In this document: one piece after another, positions 42,660-53,306 of the stretch
How the letters are laid out: each line of letters begins with the position of its first letter
Position numbering within the stretch: position 1 is the stretch's first letter
Assembly: GCA_947258695.1 (NCBI GenBank)
Contig: CAMYJG010000007.1
Coordinates: 5,173 to 69,172 of the forward strand
Source of the DNA: an uncultured Ectothiorhodospiraceae bacterium
GTDB taxonomy: Bacteria > Pseudomonadota > Gammaproteobacteria > UBA6429 > Thiohalophilaceae
Direction: 5' to 3'
Length of the DNA: 64,000 nucleotides
Notes under the pieces: model-generated
Database searches by the model: none
Seen by the model: only the letters and a program-made list of their open reading frames with translations
Told to the model about the DNA's origin: nothing
Program-made: the position numbers and the translations under genes

Positions 42660-44066
42660 ATGTCTGATAAAGTTTTAAAAATGTTGAAGGATAACGGCGT
42701 TAAGTTCGTTGACTTCCGTTTTACTGATTCACACGGTAAAGAACAACACGTTTCTGTACCAGCAAGCCAGGTAAGTGCAGATACATTTATAAACGGTAAA
42801 ATGTTTGATGGTTCGTCTATTGCAGGTTGGAAGGGCATTAACGAATCAGACATGATCATGATGCCAGAAGCAGATACTGCAGTAATGGATCCTTTTGCTG
42901 ATGAACCGACTTTAATTCTGACTTGTGACATTCTTGAGCCAGCAACAGGTCAAGGGTATGAGCGTGACCCACGTTCTGTAGCAAAACGTGCAGAAGCATA
43001 TTTAAAATCTACAGGTATTGGTGATACTGCTTATTTTGGTCCAGAACCAGAATTTTTCGTTTTCGATGATGTGCGTTGGTCTGCAAGCATGAAAGGTATG
43101 TCTTACAGTGTTGACTCTGACGAAGCAGAATGGAACTCAGAAAAAGTATACGAAGACGGTAACATCGGTCACCGTCCAGGTCTTAAAGGTGGTTATTTCC
43201 CGGTACCACCTGTTGATTCATTAAACGACTTACGTGCAGCAATGTGTTTAGCAATGGAAGAAATGGGCGTTGAAGTTGAAGTTCATCACCACGAAGTTGC
43301 AACAGCTGGTCAATGTGAAATTGGTACTGCGTTCAATACCTTAACTAAACGTGCTGACCACAACCAAATCTTAAAATACTGTGTACATAACGTTGCACAC
43401 ATCTATGGTAAAACAGCAACGTTTATGCCTAAGCCATTAGTAGGTGATAACGGTAATGGTATGCATGTTCACATGTCTTTAGCAAAAGATGGTCAAAACT
43501 TATTCTCTGGTGATGGCTATGGTGGTTTATCTGAAACTGCACTTTACTACATCGGTGGTGTTATCAAGCATGCTCAAGCATTAAATGCTTTCACTAACTC
43601 TTCAACGAACTCATACAAGCGTTTGGTTCCAGGCTTCGAAGCACCTGTTATGTTAGCGTATTCAGCGCGTAATCGTTCTGCTTCTATTCGTATTCCTTTC
43701 GAGTCTAACCCTAAAGGACGTCGTATCGAAGTACGTTTCCCTGATCCAACTGCTAACTCTTACCTGGCATTCTCTGCACTGTTAATGGCAGGTCTGGACG
43801 GTATCCAGAACAAGATTCACCCAGGTGAAGCGATGGATAAAGATCTCTATGACTTACCAGCAGAAGAAGCTGCAGCAATTCCACAAGTTTGTCATTCATT
43901 CGATCAAGCATTAGCAGCATTAGATGCTGATCGTGACTTCCTTAAAGCAGGCGGTGTATTCACTGATGACATGATTGATGGCTTCATTGCATTGAAAGAA
44001 GAAGAAATTCAACGTTTACGTATGTCTACGCATCCGGTTGAATTTGATATGTACTACAGCTGTTAA
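42660..44066 (+). CDS. glnA: Glutamine synthetase type I
   Basis: 468 aa with the adenylylation-loop tyrosine context conserved ([10 protein letters not shown]). Confidence 0.98.
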   Translation: MSDKVLKMLKDNGVKFVDFRFTDSHGKEQHVSVPASQVSADTFINGKMFDGSSIAGWKGINESDMIMMPEADTAVMDPFADEPTLILTCDILEPATGQGYERDPRSVAKRAEAYLKSTGIGDTAYFGPEPEFFVFDDVRWSASMKGMSYSVDSDEAEWNSEKVYEDGNIGHRPGLKGGYFPVPPVDSLNDLRAAMCLAMEEMGVEVEVHHHEVATAGQCEIGTAFNTLTKRADHNQILKYCVHNVAHIYGKTATFMPKPLVGDNGNGMHVHMSLAKDGQNLFSGDGYGGLSETALYYIGGVIKHAQALNAFTNSSTNSYKRLVPGFEAPVMLAYSARNRSASIRIPFESNPKGRRIEVRFPDPTANSYLAFSALLMAGLDGIQNKIHPGEAMDKDLYDLPAEEAAAIPQVCHSFDQALAALDADRDFLKAGGVFTDDMIDGFIALKEEEIQRLRMSTHPVEFDMYYSC

Positions 44067-44086
44067 TCGCTTAAGTCATATCAATT

Positions 44087-44117
44087 AAAAACGCCTCCTT
44101 TTGGAGGCGTTTTTTTT
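44087..44117 (+). terminator. Rho-independent terminator after glnA
   Basis: AAAAACGCCTCC-TTTT-GGAGGCGTTTTTTTT. Confidence 0.9.
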
Positions 44118-44168
44118 GCCTGAAAAAAGTCACTTGTTAAAATTGAATGTGTTGGCTATGCTATTAAT

Positions 44169-44672
44169 ATGTATAAGCAACTAATTTTAATTGTTTGCCT
44201 GTTATTTTCTGTTTCAGTTATGGCTGAAACGGTATATAAAAAAACAAATCCTGACGGTAGTGTCACTTTTACAGATCAACAATCAACAGACAGTAAAGAA
44301 GTTGAAGTTCGTGAACCTACTTCTTTTGCTCCGCCACGTTTACCCAGGCTGGATTTACCGACAAAAAAATTAAAGCCAAAATATAATTATGCTGTCAGCA
44401 TAAATAAACCATCAAATGACGCCACGATACTCAATCAGCCAGATGTTACCGTGTCGGTTTCAGTCAGCCCGGATGTTTCCCAATATGGCCATCAAATTCG
44501 CTACCAGTTAAGTGATCAATCAATTATAAGCCGAAACAAGTCAGCTACATTTTCAGATGTCCCCCGCGGTACACACGTAATTACCATTAGTATTGTTGAT
44601 AGCAGTGGTGAGCTTGTTAGTTCAGGTGCTTCTTCGACATTTCATATGAAGCGATTTTTCAAAAAGCCTTAA
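44169..44672 (+). CDS. DUF4124 domain protein, secreted
   Basis: 167 aa with a signal peptide followed by VYKKTNPDGSVTFTDQ, the DUF4124 signature. Confidence 0.7.
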   Translation: MYKQLILIVCLLFSVSVMAETVYKKTNPDGSVTFTDQQSTDSKEVEVREPTSFAPPRLPRLDLPTKKLKPKYNYAVSINKPSNDATILNQPDVTVSVSVSPDVSQYGHQIRYQLSDQSIISRNKSATFSDVPRGTHVITISIVDSSGELVSSGASSTFHMKRFFKKP

Positions 44673-44689
44673 GCACCGCAATGTAACAT

Positions 44690-44708
44690 TGCACCAAAAT
44701 AGTGCGTT
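44690..44708 (+). promoter_or_regulatory. NtrC-type site upstream of ntrB
   Basis: TGCACCAAAATAGTGCG at 44690..44706. It contains both shared words, TTGCACCAAA and TAGTGCGTT. Confidence 0.6.
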
Positions 44709-44849
44709 AATTCTCATTTTGTAATATCCTGTATTAATTTGATGCATATTTATATATGCAGTAAATATTTGTCTTTTATAAGCATTTGTTTTTATTAGAT
44801 ATTTTTCGAGTCCTTCGAAATACAGATTAAAGTAGTGAATTTTCCATCT

Positions 44850-44865
44850 TGGCTTGGTTATTGCT
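44850..44865 (+). promoter_or_regulatory. Sigma54 promoter of ntrBC
   Basis: TGGCTTGGTTATTGCT has GG at 44851-52 and GC at 44863-64. It lies 29 bp upstream of the ATG. Confidence 0.65.
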
Positions 44866-44893
44866 CAAGCTTATTAATGAATGAAGGAACAAA

Positions 44894-45952
44894 ATGAGTA
44901 AACAGCCAGAATGTCATAAGCGTGTGCTTGAAAATATGAGCACAGTTGTATTGATGCTTGATGCAGATTTAATTCTGGAATATGTCAATCCAGCGGGTGA
45001 GACGTTATTTGAGCAAAGTGCCCGACATATGATGGGCATGCCATACGTCGAGCTTATCCAGCATCGCGATGAAATTTCGGCAAGTAAATGGATTGATGAA
45101 ATTAAATCGGGGCAATCGTTTACGCGCCATGGAGTACCGTTAATTTTACTGAATCACAATGAAGTGACAGCAAATATAACCATTTTGCCTTTAACCAGTA
45201 GTGCGGATAACACAAAGTATTTAATAGAAATTACGCCGGTTGAACGATGGTTACGTATCGCGCGTGATGAACAACGGGTTGAACAACAAGAGGTAACACA
45301 GGAAATATTGCGTGGCTTAGCTCATGAGATAAAAAATCCACTAGGTGGTTTGCGTGGTGCAGCACAGTTATTAGAAAGAGAATTACCAAGCGATGATTTA
45401 AAAGAGTACACGCAAGTAATTATCAGTGAGGCAGACAGGCTACAGGCTTTAGTGAATCGTATCCTGGGGCCTGCCGGCTTACCAAAACTAAAAGATGTCA
45501 ATGTGCATGAAGTTTTAGAATTGGTAAGAAGCCTGATTAAGATTGAAGTAAACGACAAAATAAAGATTCATCGAGATTACGATCCGAGTATTCCAGATGT
45601 TAAGGCCGATCATGATATGTTGATTCAGGCTTTGTTAAATATTACTCGAAATGCATGTGAAGCATTAAAGGGTAAAGGCAACATAACATTAAAGACACGT
45701 GTTGTAAGAAAGTACACGATAGGATTTAAACGACATAAATTGGTTGCATGTATTGAAGTAATTGATGATGGTCCAGGGATACCTGCAGATATCAGGGAAA
45801 AAATATTTTTTCCAATGGTAACGAGTCGGGCAGAAGGCAGTGGATTAGGTTTGGCAATATCGCAATCTTTAATTCAGCAACATGATGGTTTGATTGAATG
45901 TCAGAGTGAACCGGGTCATACCGTTTTCTCAGTGATACTACCGATTAATTAA
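44894..45952 (+). CDS. glnL: Nitrogen regulation sensor kinase NtrB
   Basis: 352 aa with a PAS domain, H-box LAHEIKNPLGG and an HATPase domain (GSGLGLAIS). Confidence 0.92.
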   Translation: MSKQPECHKRVLENMSTVVLMLDADLILEYVNPAGETLFEQSARHMMGMPYVELIQHRDEISASKWIDEIKSGQSFTRHGVPLILLNHNEVTANITILPLTSSADNTKYLIEITPVERWLRIARDEQRVEQQEVTQEILRGLAHEIKNPLGGLRGAAQLLERELPSDDLKEYTQVIISEADRLQALVNRILGPAGLPKLKDVNVHEVLELVRSLIKIEVNDKIKIHRDYDPSIPDVKADHDMLIQALLNITRNACEALKGKGNITLKTRVVRKYTIGFKRHKLVACIEVIDDGPGIPADIREKIFFPMVTSRAEGSGLGLAISQSLIQQHDGLIECQSEPGHTVFSVILPIN

Positions 45953-45968
45953 AAGGTGAAATAATAGT

Positions 45969-47384
45969 ATGGGTGTTAACGAAAACAAGGAAAGCATTTG
46001 GGTAGTTGATGATGATCGTTCTATCCGTTGGGTGTTAGAAAAAGCATTTAATAAAGCAGATATGGAAGTGCGTACGTTTGAAGAAGCAGATAGTGTACTG
46101 CGAGCATTAGAACGTACACAACCGGATGCCATCATTAGTGATGTTCGCATGCCGGGTATGGATGGATTAGCGATGCTTGATAAAGTCCATTCTAAACACC
46201 CTGACTTACCTGTTATTATTATTACTGCGCATTCTGATTTAGACAGTGCGGTATCAGCTTATAAAGGTGGTGCATTTGAATATTTACCAAAACCCTTTGA
46301 TATCGATGAGGCAGTTGAGTTAACAATACGCGCAGTCAAACATCATAAAGAGGTTGTTAGCGATAATAAAATTGAACCTGTACAAGACAAGGAAATTATC
46401 GGTGAAGCACCCTCTATGCAAGAAGTGTTTCGTGCTATTGGTCGCTTATCACGTTCAAATATTACAGTGTTAATTAATGGTGAGTCAGGAACAGGTAAAG
46501 AGCTGGTTGCTGAAGCGCTGCATCGACATAGTCCACGTGCAGATAATGCTTTTATTGCATTAAATATGGCCGCAATTCCCAGAGACTTATTAGAATCAGA
46601 ATTATTTGGCCATGAAAAAGGCGCATTTACCGGTGCACAAGCAGCTCGCAAAGGCCGCTTCGAACAAGCAGATGGTGGAACATTATTTTTAGATGAAATA
46701 GGCGATATGCCTGCCGAATTACAAACCCGTTTATTACGTGTATTAGCCGATGGTGAATTCTATCGTGTGGGTGGTCACAGTCCGGTAAAAGTCGATGTAC
46801 GTATCATAGCGGCAACTCACCAGGATTTAGAAAAGCGGGTTGAGCAAGGTGATTTTAGGGAAGATTTATTTCACCGTTTAAATGTTATTCGAATCCATAT
46901 ACCGGCATTACGAGAACGTTCCGAAGATATCGGTTTATTAGCGCGTCATTTTTTACAGGCGGCCGCGACAGAACTGGGTATGGAAACAAAAACGTTGGAT
47001 GATGAATCACTGGACTATTTACGAAAATTAGAATGGCGCGGCAATGTCAGGCAACTACAAAATACCTGTCGTTGGATAACAGTAATGGCGCCAGGGCAAG
47101 AAGTGCATATGGACGATTTGCCCCCCGAATTATTGAATAAAGAAACAAAAGCACAGGTAAGTGATGACTGGGTTAAAGTTTTACAATACTGGGCTGAGCA
47201 ACAACTTGCTAATGGTGAAATCGATTTATTTGATAAAGCGACACCTGAATTCGAGCGAGTCATGATTCAGGCGGCACTTCGTAGTGCGGGTGGACGCCGC
47301 CAGGATGCAGCACGATTACTCGGTTGTGGGCGTAATACCTTAACGCGAAAAATTAAAGAACTGGGTATGGAAGAAACGGTTTAA
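45969..47384 (+). CDS. glnG: Nitrogen regulation response regulator NtrC (sigma54 activator)
   Basis: 471 aa with a REC domain, an AAA+ domain (GESGTGKE, GAFTGA) and a C-terminal Fis-type HTH. Confidence 0.95.
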   Translation: MGVNENKESIWVVDDDRSIRWVLEKAFNKADMEVRTFEEADSVLRALERTQPDAIISDVRMPGMDGLAMLDKVHSKHPDLPVIIITAHSDLDSAVSAYKGGAFEYLPKPFDIDEAVELTIRAVKHHKEVVSDNKIEPVQDKEIIGEAPSMQEVFRAIGRLSRSNITVLINGESGTGKELVAEALHRHSPRADNAFIALNMAAIPRDLLESELFGHEKGAFTGAQAARKGRFEQADGGTLFLDEIGDMPAELQTRLLRVLADGEFYRVGGHSPVKVDVRIIAATHQDLEKRVEQGDFREDLFHRLNVIRIHIPALRERSEDIGLLARHFLQAAATELGMETKTLDDESLDYLRKLEWRGNVRQLQNTCRWITVMAPGQEVHMDDLPPELLNKETKAQVSDDWVKVLQYWAEQQLANGEIDLFDKATPEFERVMIQAALRSAGGRRQDAARLLGCGRNTLTRKIKELGMEETV

Positions 47385-47393
47385 ACTTGGCTA

Positions 47394-47422
47394 TCATTCC
47401 GGCATGCTTTTAGCCGGAATGA
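47394..47422. terminator. 10-bp stem hairpin between the convergent ntrC and mshQ genes
   Basis: TCATTCCGGC-ATGCTTTTA-GCCGGAATGA. No strong U-tract on either side. Confidence 0.5.
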
Positions 47423-47447
47423 CAAGATATTATTAGTAAATAATCTT

Positions 47448-50400
47448 TTACTCAAAAACCTCACGCCAGTAAATAACGCGATCATCACCACGGTATAAAC
47501 CAAAAGAGGAAACACCGCTTGGATCGTTATCATGATTTCCATCACCATCCCAGTCAAACTGTAGCCATGTTGGTGAAGTTAAGGTAATGCCTATATCACC
47601 GGTAAAGTTTTCCCCTGGTGCTTTAAGAAAGAGATTAAAACTACCTGCAAGAGGTGGTGCTTCCTGAAATTGATTACTAGCTGGGCCGGGTAATAAGCTT
47701 GCATCAGAACAATTATCGGTACCACTAGCAGCAGTATCATCCCAGATGCAGGTATTACCTGCTATTGAACCATCACCAACAGTTACTGTATCTGTACCAA
47801 TATCAGTTAAGGTAACAGAAATATCCGAACAGGTATCAGATGTATTAATTGCAAAATCATTTCCATCAAAATACTCTACTTGTGCTGTCACAGCCATATC
47901 CACTAGTTCTGAACCAAATGCATTATTTAATAGAGTACGGCCACTTCGAATTTCGGTACTTCCTTCAGCAAATGTATCTGAGCTGATTGCTGTATCGGTT
48001 ATATCAGTTGCACGTATTTCTATCGTCTCTGGAAGAGTCTCTTTTGTAGTAAATGTATAAATTAAATTTGTTGCAGTGCTTTGACCATAATTTGGACTAA
48101 CAGAGAAGCTTGCAGAGTCAAAAGTATTATTTGTGAATGCACCCAGTGGTGGAGCACCAGGATTTGCATCTGATAGAGTTACACCTTTTGCAAAGGGACC
48201 ACGGTAATTTACAGTAGTTGCGTTAGCTTTATTTCTTGCAAATGCTGTAACCGTAAAAGGCTGTCCTGAATAGGTGAAGCTGGTACACCCATGGCTAACT
48301 AGAGTTTCAAAATGATGAGGTGTAAAACGGCCAACATTTTGTGCGCGACCTATAATATCATCACCAGCTCCTAAATAGTTTGTTAATGTTGTGGTAAGAT
48401 CAAATATACCAACTTCACTCCAATTATACGATTTAGTACCCACACCATTAGTAAAATTAGAGCTGTTAGCACTATTTGTTAATGTGCCTGCATCAATAAC
48501 TGTTGCTAAAGGTACAGCAGGAAGGGATGTCATAATATTTGCGGGTATAACAGGTATATTTTCGTTACCAAAGTTAGTCGTAGTTACGTTATCAGTAAGA
48601 TCTGCCCCTGTATCTGCAATACCATCATTATTTGTATCATCAGCCGCTTGCCATCTTACAGCAGTAAATGTTGTTGTAAAATCTTCACCTGCTTCTTTAA
48701 ATACATTTCCAGTTGCATCGGTTGCATATGAAAGACCACTTAGAGCAAGTGCAAATGGTCTTATGACAAATGAAGACTCACCAGACATATAGTTACCAGA
48801 AGGTGTAGTACCATCGGCCAATAAAATATTGTGACGTGCATGTAATTCGATTAAACCAGATTCAGGATAATTGAATATGATATTTGCTTCGCCGTTAACA
48901 TCGAAAGTAATAGAACGAGTATCGTAAGAGCTACTACCAGGGGCGGAGTTATCATTTGTTGTTGCAGTTAAATCACCGTTAACGGCGCCACTGGTTAAAT
49001 TAAATAGTTGGCTAGCAACACAACTTGATGGGTTTTTACATTCAGCAGCAAAATCAATATCTAATGTTTTATTTTGAAAGGCTGGTGAGCATTGAGTCGC
49101 GTCATTATCAGATTTCTTAACCGCTTGTAGTTTTATTGTTTTAGCATTATAACCCGTATCAGAGCTTTTTCCGGAAAGTTGAGTTGGTATGGTTGTTGAA
49201 GAATCGGTTTCATTATAAAAAATAAATCCACTATCGCTAAAAGTGATGTCACAACTAATTGTGCTTCCACCAGAGTCTTTACATTCAACAGGATTGCTGG
49301 CTACAGGAGTTACACTGCTTGTATCAAGAGTGACAGTTTCAGCAACGGTGTGTTTTAAATTATAATCGGCAGACCCGGTAAATGTTTGTGTGTCACCGCC
49401 TACCCATCCTGTTGGTAAGAGGCCTACAGTAACTGCAGATGACGAAAGTGATGAACAATCAGAATTTGCACAGGCTTTTACAGTAATTTGTTCTGCGTTA
49501 CAGGTAATTGCAGCCGTGTCATGAATAAACTCGATATGATGTAACGAGCCGGGACAAGATCGAGCAGCACCATTCCAGTTTAAACCACTGGTATAATTGC
49601 TATACATTGTTGAAATAAAACCTGCAGGTAAGGCTGATTGCATAACAAGTACTTCATCAATCAAACCGTCAAAATAATATACATCTGTACCGACCCGCTT
49701 ACTGATCATTAACGGATCATTATTTTGATTAAGGGTTGTGGTACTAAAGGTAATAGAGCTCGTTTTAGAGGACGAAATATTATCGGCAACACTACCATTT
49801 TTATAAAGTGTCAAGCTGGTACCATCAAAAACTAGTATGATGTGAGTCCAACTACCCGTAGCAGGTAATGAGGTGTAAACATTGAGGCGACCAGCAGATG
49901 TTTCAGCGCGGCCAACTAGCTCACCATTTTCAGAGAAGATGCCCATTTGTGCTCGCCCGGCACCTCCACCATGTACAGATTTAGACATAATTTGATCCAG
50001 ACCAGTCCATGTATCTGGCTTGATCCATGCAGCATAGGTGAGTTGAGTTGAACCTTGTATAGAAGCATCATGTGGAATTTCAATATAATCATCGCTGCCA
50101 TCAAAGGAGCCAGCATTACATAAATAGCCAGGTGTAACGGTTGTTAATCCATTTTTTGCGGTGCCATGATTAGTATTACTGCTGATATCTATCACCTCAC
50201 CTGCAGTACCATTCCATGAGGCTTCATCCATATACCATTCAGCGGTAGCATTACCTAGTATTGTACCAATAGGATAATTATTATTAATTTTTGCATTTAA
50301 ATTATTCACGATATAAAGATAGAAAAAAACCGTACCTGCTGTTGATGGATTAACGCTATTGGTGCTGATATCAACAGTGGCTGTTAAGGTGGTTGTATTA

Positions 50401-51302
50401 GCAGGAAAGGTAACAGTGCCTGTTTTGTAAATATAGTCATAGTTAACAGGGGGGGCGGTATCGGCAACAGCTGTTCCACCTGTAGTGGTATAATCAACCC
50501 TTACTTCATAATTAACGGTTTTCTCCAGCGTAAAAGTAAAGGTAGCTGTTTGACCTTTATTAACAGTGACATTGTTTACTGAAACGATGGGCGGAACACC
50601 TCCGTTGGGATCTTCATCATTGGTATCGTCTTCTGTTGGCGGTGCAGATGCCGATGGTGCACTATCCCAATCACCAGTGCCATCAGGCGAACGAAAAATA
50701 AATTTATCACTGGCGCCAGGCGAACTGGTCTGATAATCGAAAGGTAAGGCTGCTCCCGTACAACCTGCCTCTTCAAGATCGTTGTGCCCATCAACAGTTA
50801 GATAATCTATGACATCACCATTACCATCTAACAAGATAGCGTCAAATCCAGTTTTAAAGTTAATATAGCTACCAATATTTCCATCTTTTAATACAATCCA
50901 GGGTAAAGATTTTTCTGTAAAGTTACTGACTGATACACTGCCACTACATCCATCGTTATCGTTATTATTGCCAGGTTCATTGTCTTCACAAATTTCAATT
51001 GTCCATGTGTCAAATATTGCTGATGCAATTGTTCCATCTAATATTTTAATTTCAGCAAAATCATCAGGGTCGTTTGCCATATTTGAACGGTCTTTAAAAA
51101 ATTCATTGAGTGTTGCACGACCAAGGTAGGGTGAGCAGTTACCAGCTGCATGAATAACGCTGGGCATGGCTAAATAAAAAAAAGAGCTGACAACGAGAAA
51201 TAAGAGGAATTTCTTGGAGTTGTAAAAACTTAACTGTATAAATTCAAACAAATTCAAATTACACCTAAATATATTAAGATTACTAACTCTAAGTATCGGC
51301 AA
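47448..51302 (-). CDS. mshQ: MshQ-like giant pilus-associated protein (LTD-like, Calx-beta-like and LamG-like regions plus a long beta-rich C-terminus)
   Basis: Up to 1284 aa. The start is uncertain: TTG at 51302, with in-frame TTGs at 51257 and 51251. Signal peptide is KKFLLFLVVSSFFYLAMPSVIHA/AG. The LamG-like block includes SFDGSDDYIEIPH…WTHIILVFDG. It occupies the last position of the msh block. Confidence 0.75.
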   Translation of the reverse strand: MPILRVSNLNIFRCNLNLFEFIQLSFYNSKKFLLFLVVSSFFYLAMPSVIHAAGNCSPYLGRATLNEFFKDRSNMANDPDDFAEIKILDGTIASAIFDTWTIEICEDNEPGNNNDNDGCSGSVSVSNFTEKSLPWIVLKDGNIGSYINFKTGFDAILLDGNGDVIDYLTVDGHNDLEEAGCTGAALPFDYQTSSPGASDKFIFRSPDGTGDWDSAPSASAPPTEDDTNDEDPNGGVPPIVSVNNVTVNKGQTATFTFTLEKTVNYEVRVDYTTTGGTAVADTAPPVNYDYIYKTGTVTFPANTTTLTATVDISTNSVNPSTAGTVFFYLYIVNNLNAKINNNYPIGTILGNATAEWYMDEASWNGTAGEVIDISSNTNHGTAKNGLTTVTPGYLCNAGSFDGSDDYIEIPHDASIQGSTQLTYAAWIKPDTWTGLDQIMSKSVHGGGAGRAQMGIFSENGELVGRAETSAGRLNVYTSLPATGSWTHIILVFDGTSLTLYKNGSVADNISSSKTSSITFSTTTLNQNNDPLMISKRVGTDVYYFDGLIDEVLVMQSALPAGFISTMYSNYTSGLNWNGAARSCPGSLHHIEFIHDTAAITCNAEQITVKACANSDCSSLSSSAVTVGLLPTGWVGGDTQTFTGSADYNLKHTVAETVTLDTSSVTPVASNPVECKDSGGSTISCDITFSDSGFIFYNETDSSTTIPTQLSGKSSDTGYNAKTIKLQAVKKSDNDATQCSPAFQNKTLDIDFAAECKNPSSCVASQLFNLTSGAVNGDLTATTNDNSAPGSSSYDTRSITFDVNGEANIIFNYPESGLIELHARHNILLADGTTPSGNYMSGESSFVIRPFALALSGLSYATDATGNVFKEAGEDFTTTFTAVRWQAADDTNNDGIADTGADLTDNVTTTNFGNENIPVIPANIMTSLPAVPLATVIDAGTLTNSANSSNFTNGVGTKSYNWSEVGIFDLTTTLTNYLGAGDDIIGRAQNVGRFTPHHFETLVSHGCTSFTYSGQPFTVTAFARNKANATTVNYRGPFAKGVTLSDANPGAPPLGAFTNNTFDSASFSVSPNYGQSTATNLIYTFTTKETLPETIEIRATDITDTAISSDTFAEGSTEIRSGRTLLNNAFGSELVDMAVTAQVEYFDGNDFAINTSDTCSDISVTLTDIGTDTVTVGDGSIAGNTCIWDDTAASGTDNCSDASLLPGPASNQFQEAPPLAGSFNLFLKAPGENFTGDIGITLTSPTWLQFDWDGDGNHDNDPSGVSSFGLYRGDDRVIYWREVFE

Positions 51303-51342
51303 AAAAAGATAAATTTTGAATAAAAAACCGTTAAGAGGTTGA

Positions 51343-53286
51343 TTATTGAGGATTAAATTGCGTTTTTTTACTGTTTTGGCTCATAAATTTCTTGATATTT
51401 GCTTCTAAATGCAAGGCGTAGCTTTCAACCCCGGCTTCACGTGACAATTTCGCAAAAAATTTCATATATTTAAGCATGGCGTTATTAATTGGGTAATTAT
51501 AATTAACTCCGTAATATAAGACTTCTATTGCAGCTCTTAGTTGTTTTTCTCTATAAAGTACTTCCGCCAGCTTAATTCGTGAGAATAGAAAGCGAGGATC
51601 TAGTTTTAATGCCTGATTAAAGGCTGTTTTTGCTTTCTCAGGCTGATCATGCAGATAAATTAAACCCCGTATATGGTGTGATTGTGGGCGTAGTGGGTTG
51701 AGTTTTAGCGCTTTATCCAGGTTAGTATGTGCTAATTTTAATAAGAGTTGAGCTTGTTCTGGTTTTTTTATGCGGAGTCTATCGGCACCTCGGCGTAATA
51801 AATCGGCGTGACTAAAAAAGGGATTGTCCATCAGTGGTGCGAGTTTTTGTGATTTTAAAAAAAGCGTATCAGAAGCCTGGTATTCGCCTTTTTTCATTAA
51901 TACTTTAGCTTGATTATTGTAGTAACTCGATAATGAAATAGATATAAAATAAATACATAATATCAATATGATGCCAAGCAAGCTTATAGTATAGGTGATA
52001 GGTTTAAAGTATATCTTAAGAGCAGGTAATGTTTTTATAGAGCTTGTAGTATCGCTAACAAGTTGATTAAATCTTCCAAGAAATATTCCGGCGATAAGTA
52101 ATAACGGAAGAATATAAAAGTTATAAGTAAAAAAGCTGTGTGCTGCAAACGTGGTTAAGGCAGCAAAAAGAGAGACGAGTTCTGTACGCTGCAATAAAGT
52201 CAGTTTATTATTTTCAGATGGTAATTTTAAAGTACGTATAAAACTGGTTAATATCGCAAGTAATAAAGCCAGAAGTAAAAAAATACCAGGATATCCTGCC
52301 TCAAGCGTCATTTGCATATAATCATTATGAGCAAAAAATCCCGCACTGGTATCTGCTGCAGAGCGGTGTGGTGGCCAGAAAAGCCACAGACTACCAAGGC
52401 CAACCCCATACCACGGCATTTCTTTGAATAAAGGAATGAGACTTTCCCATATAATAAAACGAGCATTACCTGCGGTAGATGTATCTTTTAATGACATCAT
52501 TCGCTCGGTAAAGCCCTGTGGTACATTTTGAATAAAATATTGAGAAAGTAATGATAGTAGAAATGCGATACCAATAATAACGAATAAAGTTTTTAACTGA
52601 GTTTTATCGCTGTGTTTTCTTAACAGTAATATTAAAATAATAAAGCCTAAAGCCAGGCTTAAAGATGCGCCTCGGCTGGTGATAATAAAAATACTGAGAA
52701 ATAAAATTATAAGAGTAATCGTTAATATCTTATTATTTATTATTTTCCATGGCCGTTGTTGTTCATTTAATAAGAAATAACCTGAGGCAGGTAGCAAGGC
52801 AAGGTTGATTAGGGCAGCAAGTGAATTTCTATTTAAAAATGAAGCATTGGTTGGGACGTGTAAATAATAGTATTGTACTAAGCCGTAAATCGCCCAAATC
52901 GTAACAAGTAATAAAATTGCTGGCCAGGTAAAGAGCCAGATTTTATCTTTATAATTACTGAACACAAATATAAAAAATATAATCAGTAAACTACCAACCC
53001 AGAAAAAATTATATAGAGTGAGATACTTTACTTGGCTGGGAAAAATTGAAATAGCAAACCAACATAGTAATAAAATTGATGAGATTACAATACTATTAAT
53101 ATGAATCGGAAGAGAATGATGAAAACGTTGTTTTAAAACAAGTGCCAGGCTAAAAATGATAAATATGTAACTGCTTGTAAATAGCCAGGGATTATTGCCG
53201 GTATAAAATAGCGCACAAGTGACTGCAAGAGCGAAGAAAATTCCAGATAGTATATTTTCAGATATTTTAGAGGCTATGTAATTCAT
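51343..53286 (-). CDS. O-antigen ligase / Wzy_C-family polytopic membrane protein with C-terminal TPR repeats
   Basis: 647 aa with at least 10 TM helices and a Wzy_C-type loop (RFIIWESLIPLFKEMPWYGVGLGS … FFAHNDYMQMTLEAGYPG). The C-terminal ~170 aa are TPR-like (ALKLNP…, ALKLDP…). Confidence 0.75.
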   Translation of the reverse strand: MNYIASKISENILSGIFFALAVTCALFYTGNNPWLFTSSYIFIIFSLALVLKQRFHHSLPIHINSIVISSILLLCWFAISIFPSQVKYLTLYNFFWVGSLLIIFFIFVFSNYKDKIWLFTWPAILLLVTIWAIYGLVQYYYLHVPTNASFLNRNSLAALINLALLPASGYFLLNEQQRPWKIINNKILTITLIILFLSIFIITSRGASLSLALGFIILILLLRKHSDKTQLKTLFVIIGIAFLLSLLSQYFIQNVPQGFTERMMSLKDTSTAGNARFIIWESLIPLFKEMPWYGVGLGSLWLFWPPHRSAADTSAGFFAHNDYMQMTLEAGYPGIFLLLALLLAILTSFIRTLKLPSENNKLTLLQRTELVSLFAALTTFAAHSFFTYNFYILPLLLIAGIFLGRFNQLVSDTTSSIKTLPALKIYFKPITYTISLLGIILILCIYFISISLSSYYNNQAKVLMKKGEYQASDTLFLKSQKLAPLMDNPFFSHADLLRRGADRLRIKKPEQAQLLLKLAHTNLDKALKLNPLRPQSHHIRGLIYLHDQPEKAKTAFNQALKLDPRFLFSRIKLAEVLYREKQLRAAIEVLYYGVNYNYPINNAMLKYMKFFAKLSREAGVESYALHLEANIKKFMSQNSKKTQFNPQ

Positions 53287-53306
53287 AAATAATTAATAAA
53301 GGTAAT

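Noticed and set aside
47394-47422. Hairpin TCATTCCGGC…GCCGGAATGA as another repeat-family member
   Set aside because: There is only one copy in the window and it has no 9-bp unit structure. It was kept only as a possible terminator between the convergent ntrC and mshQ genes.
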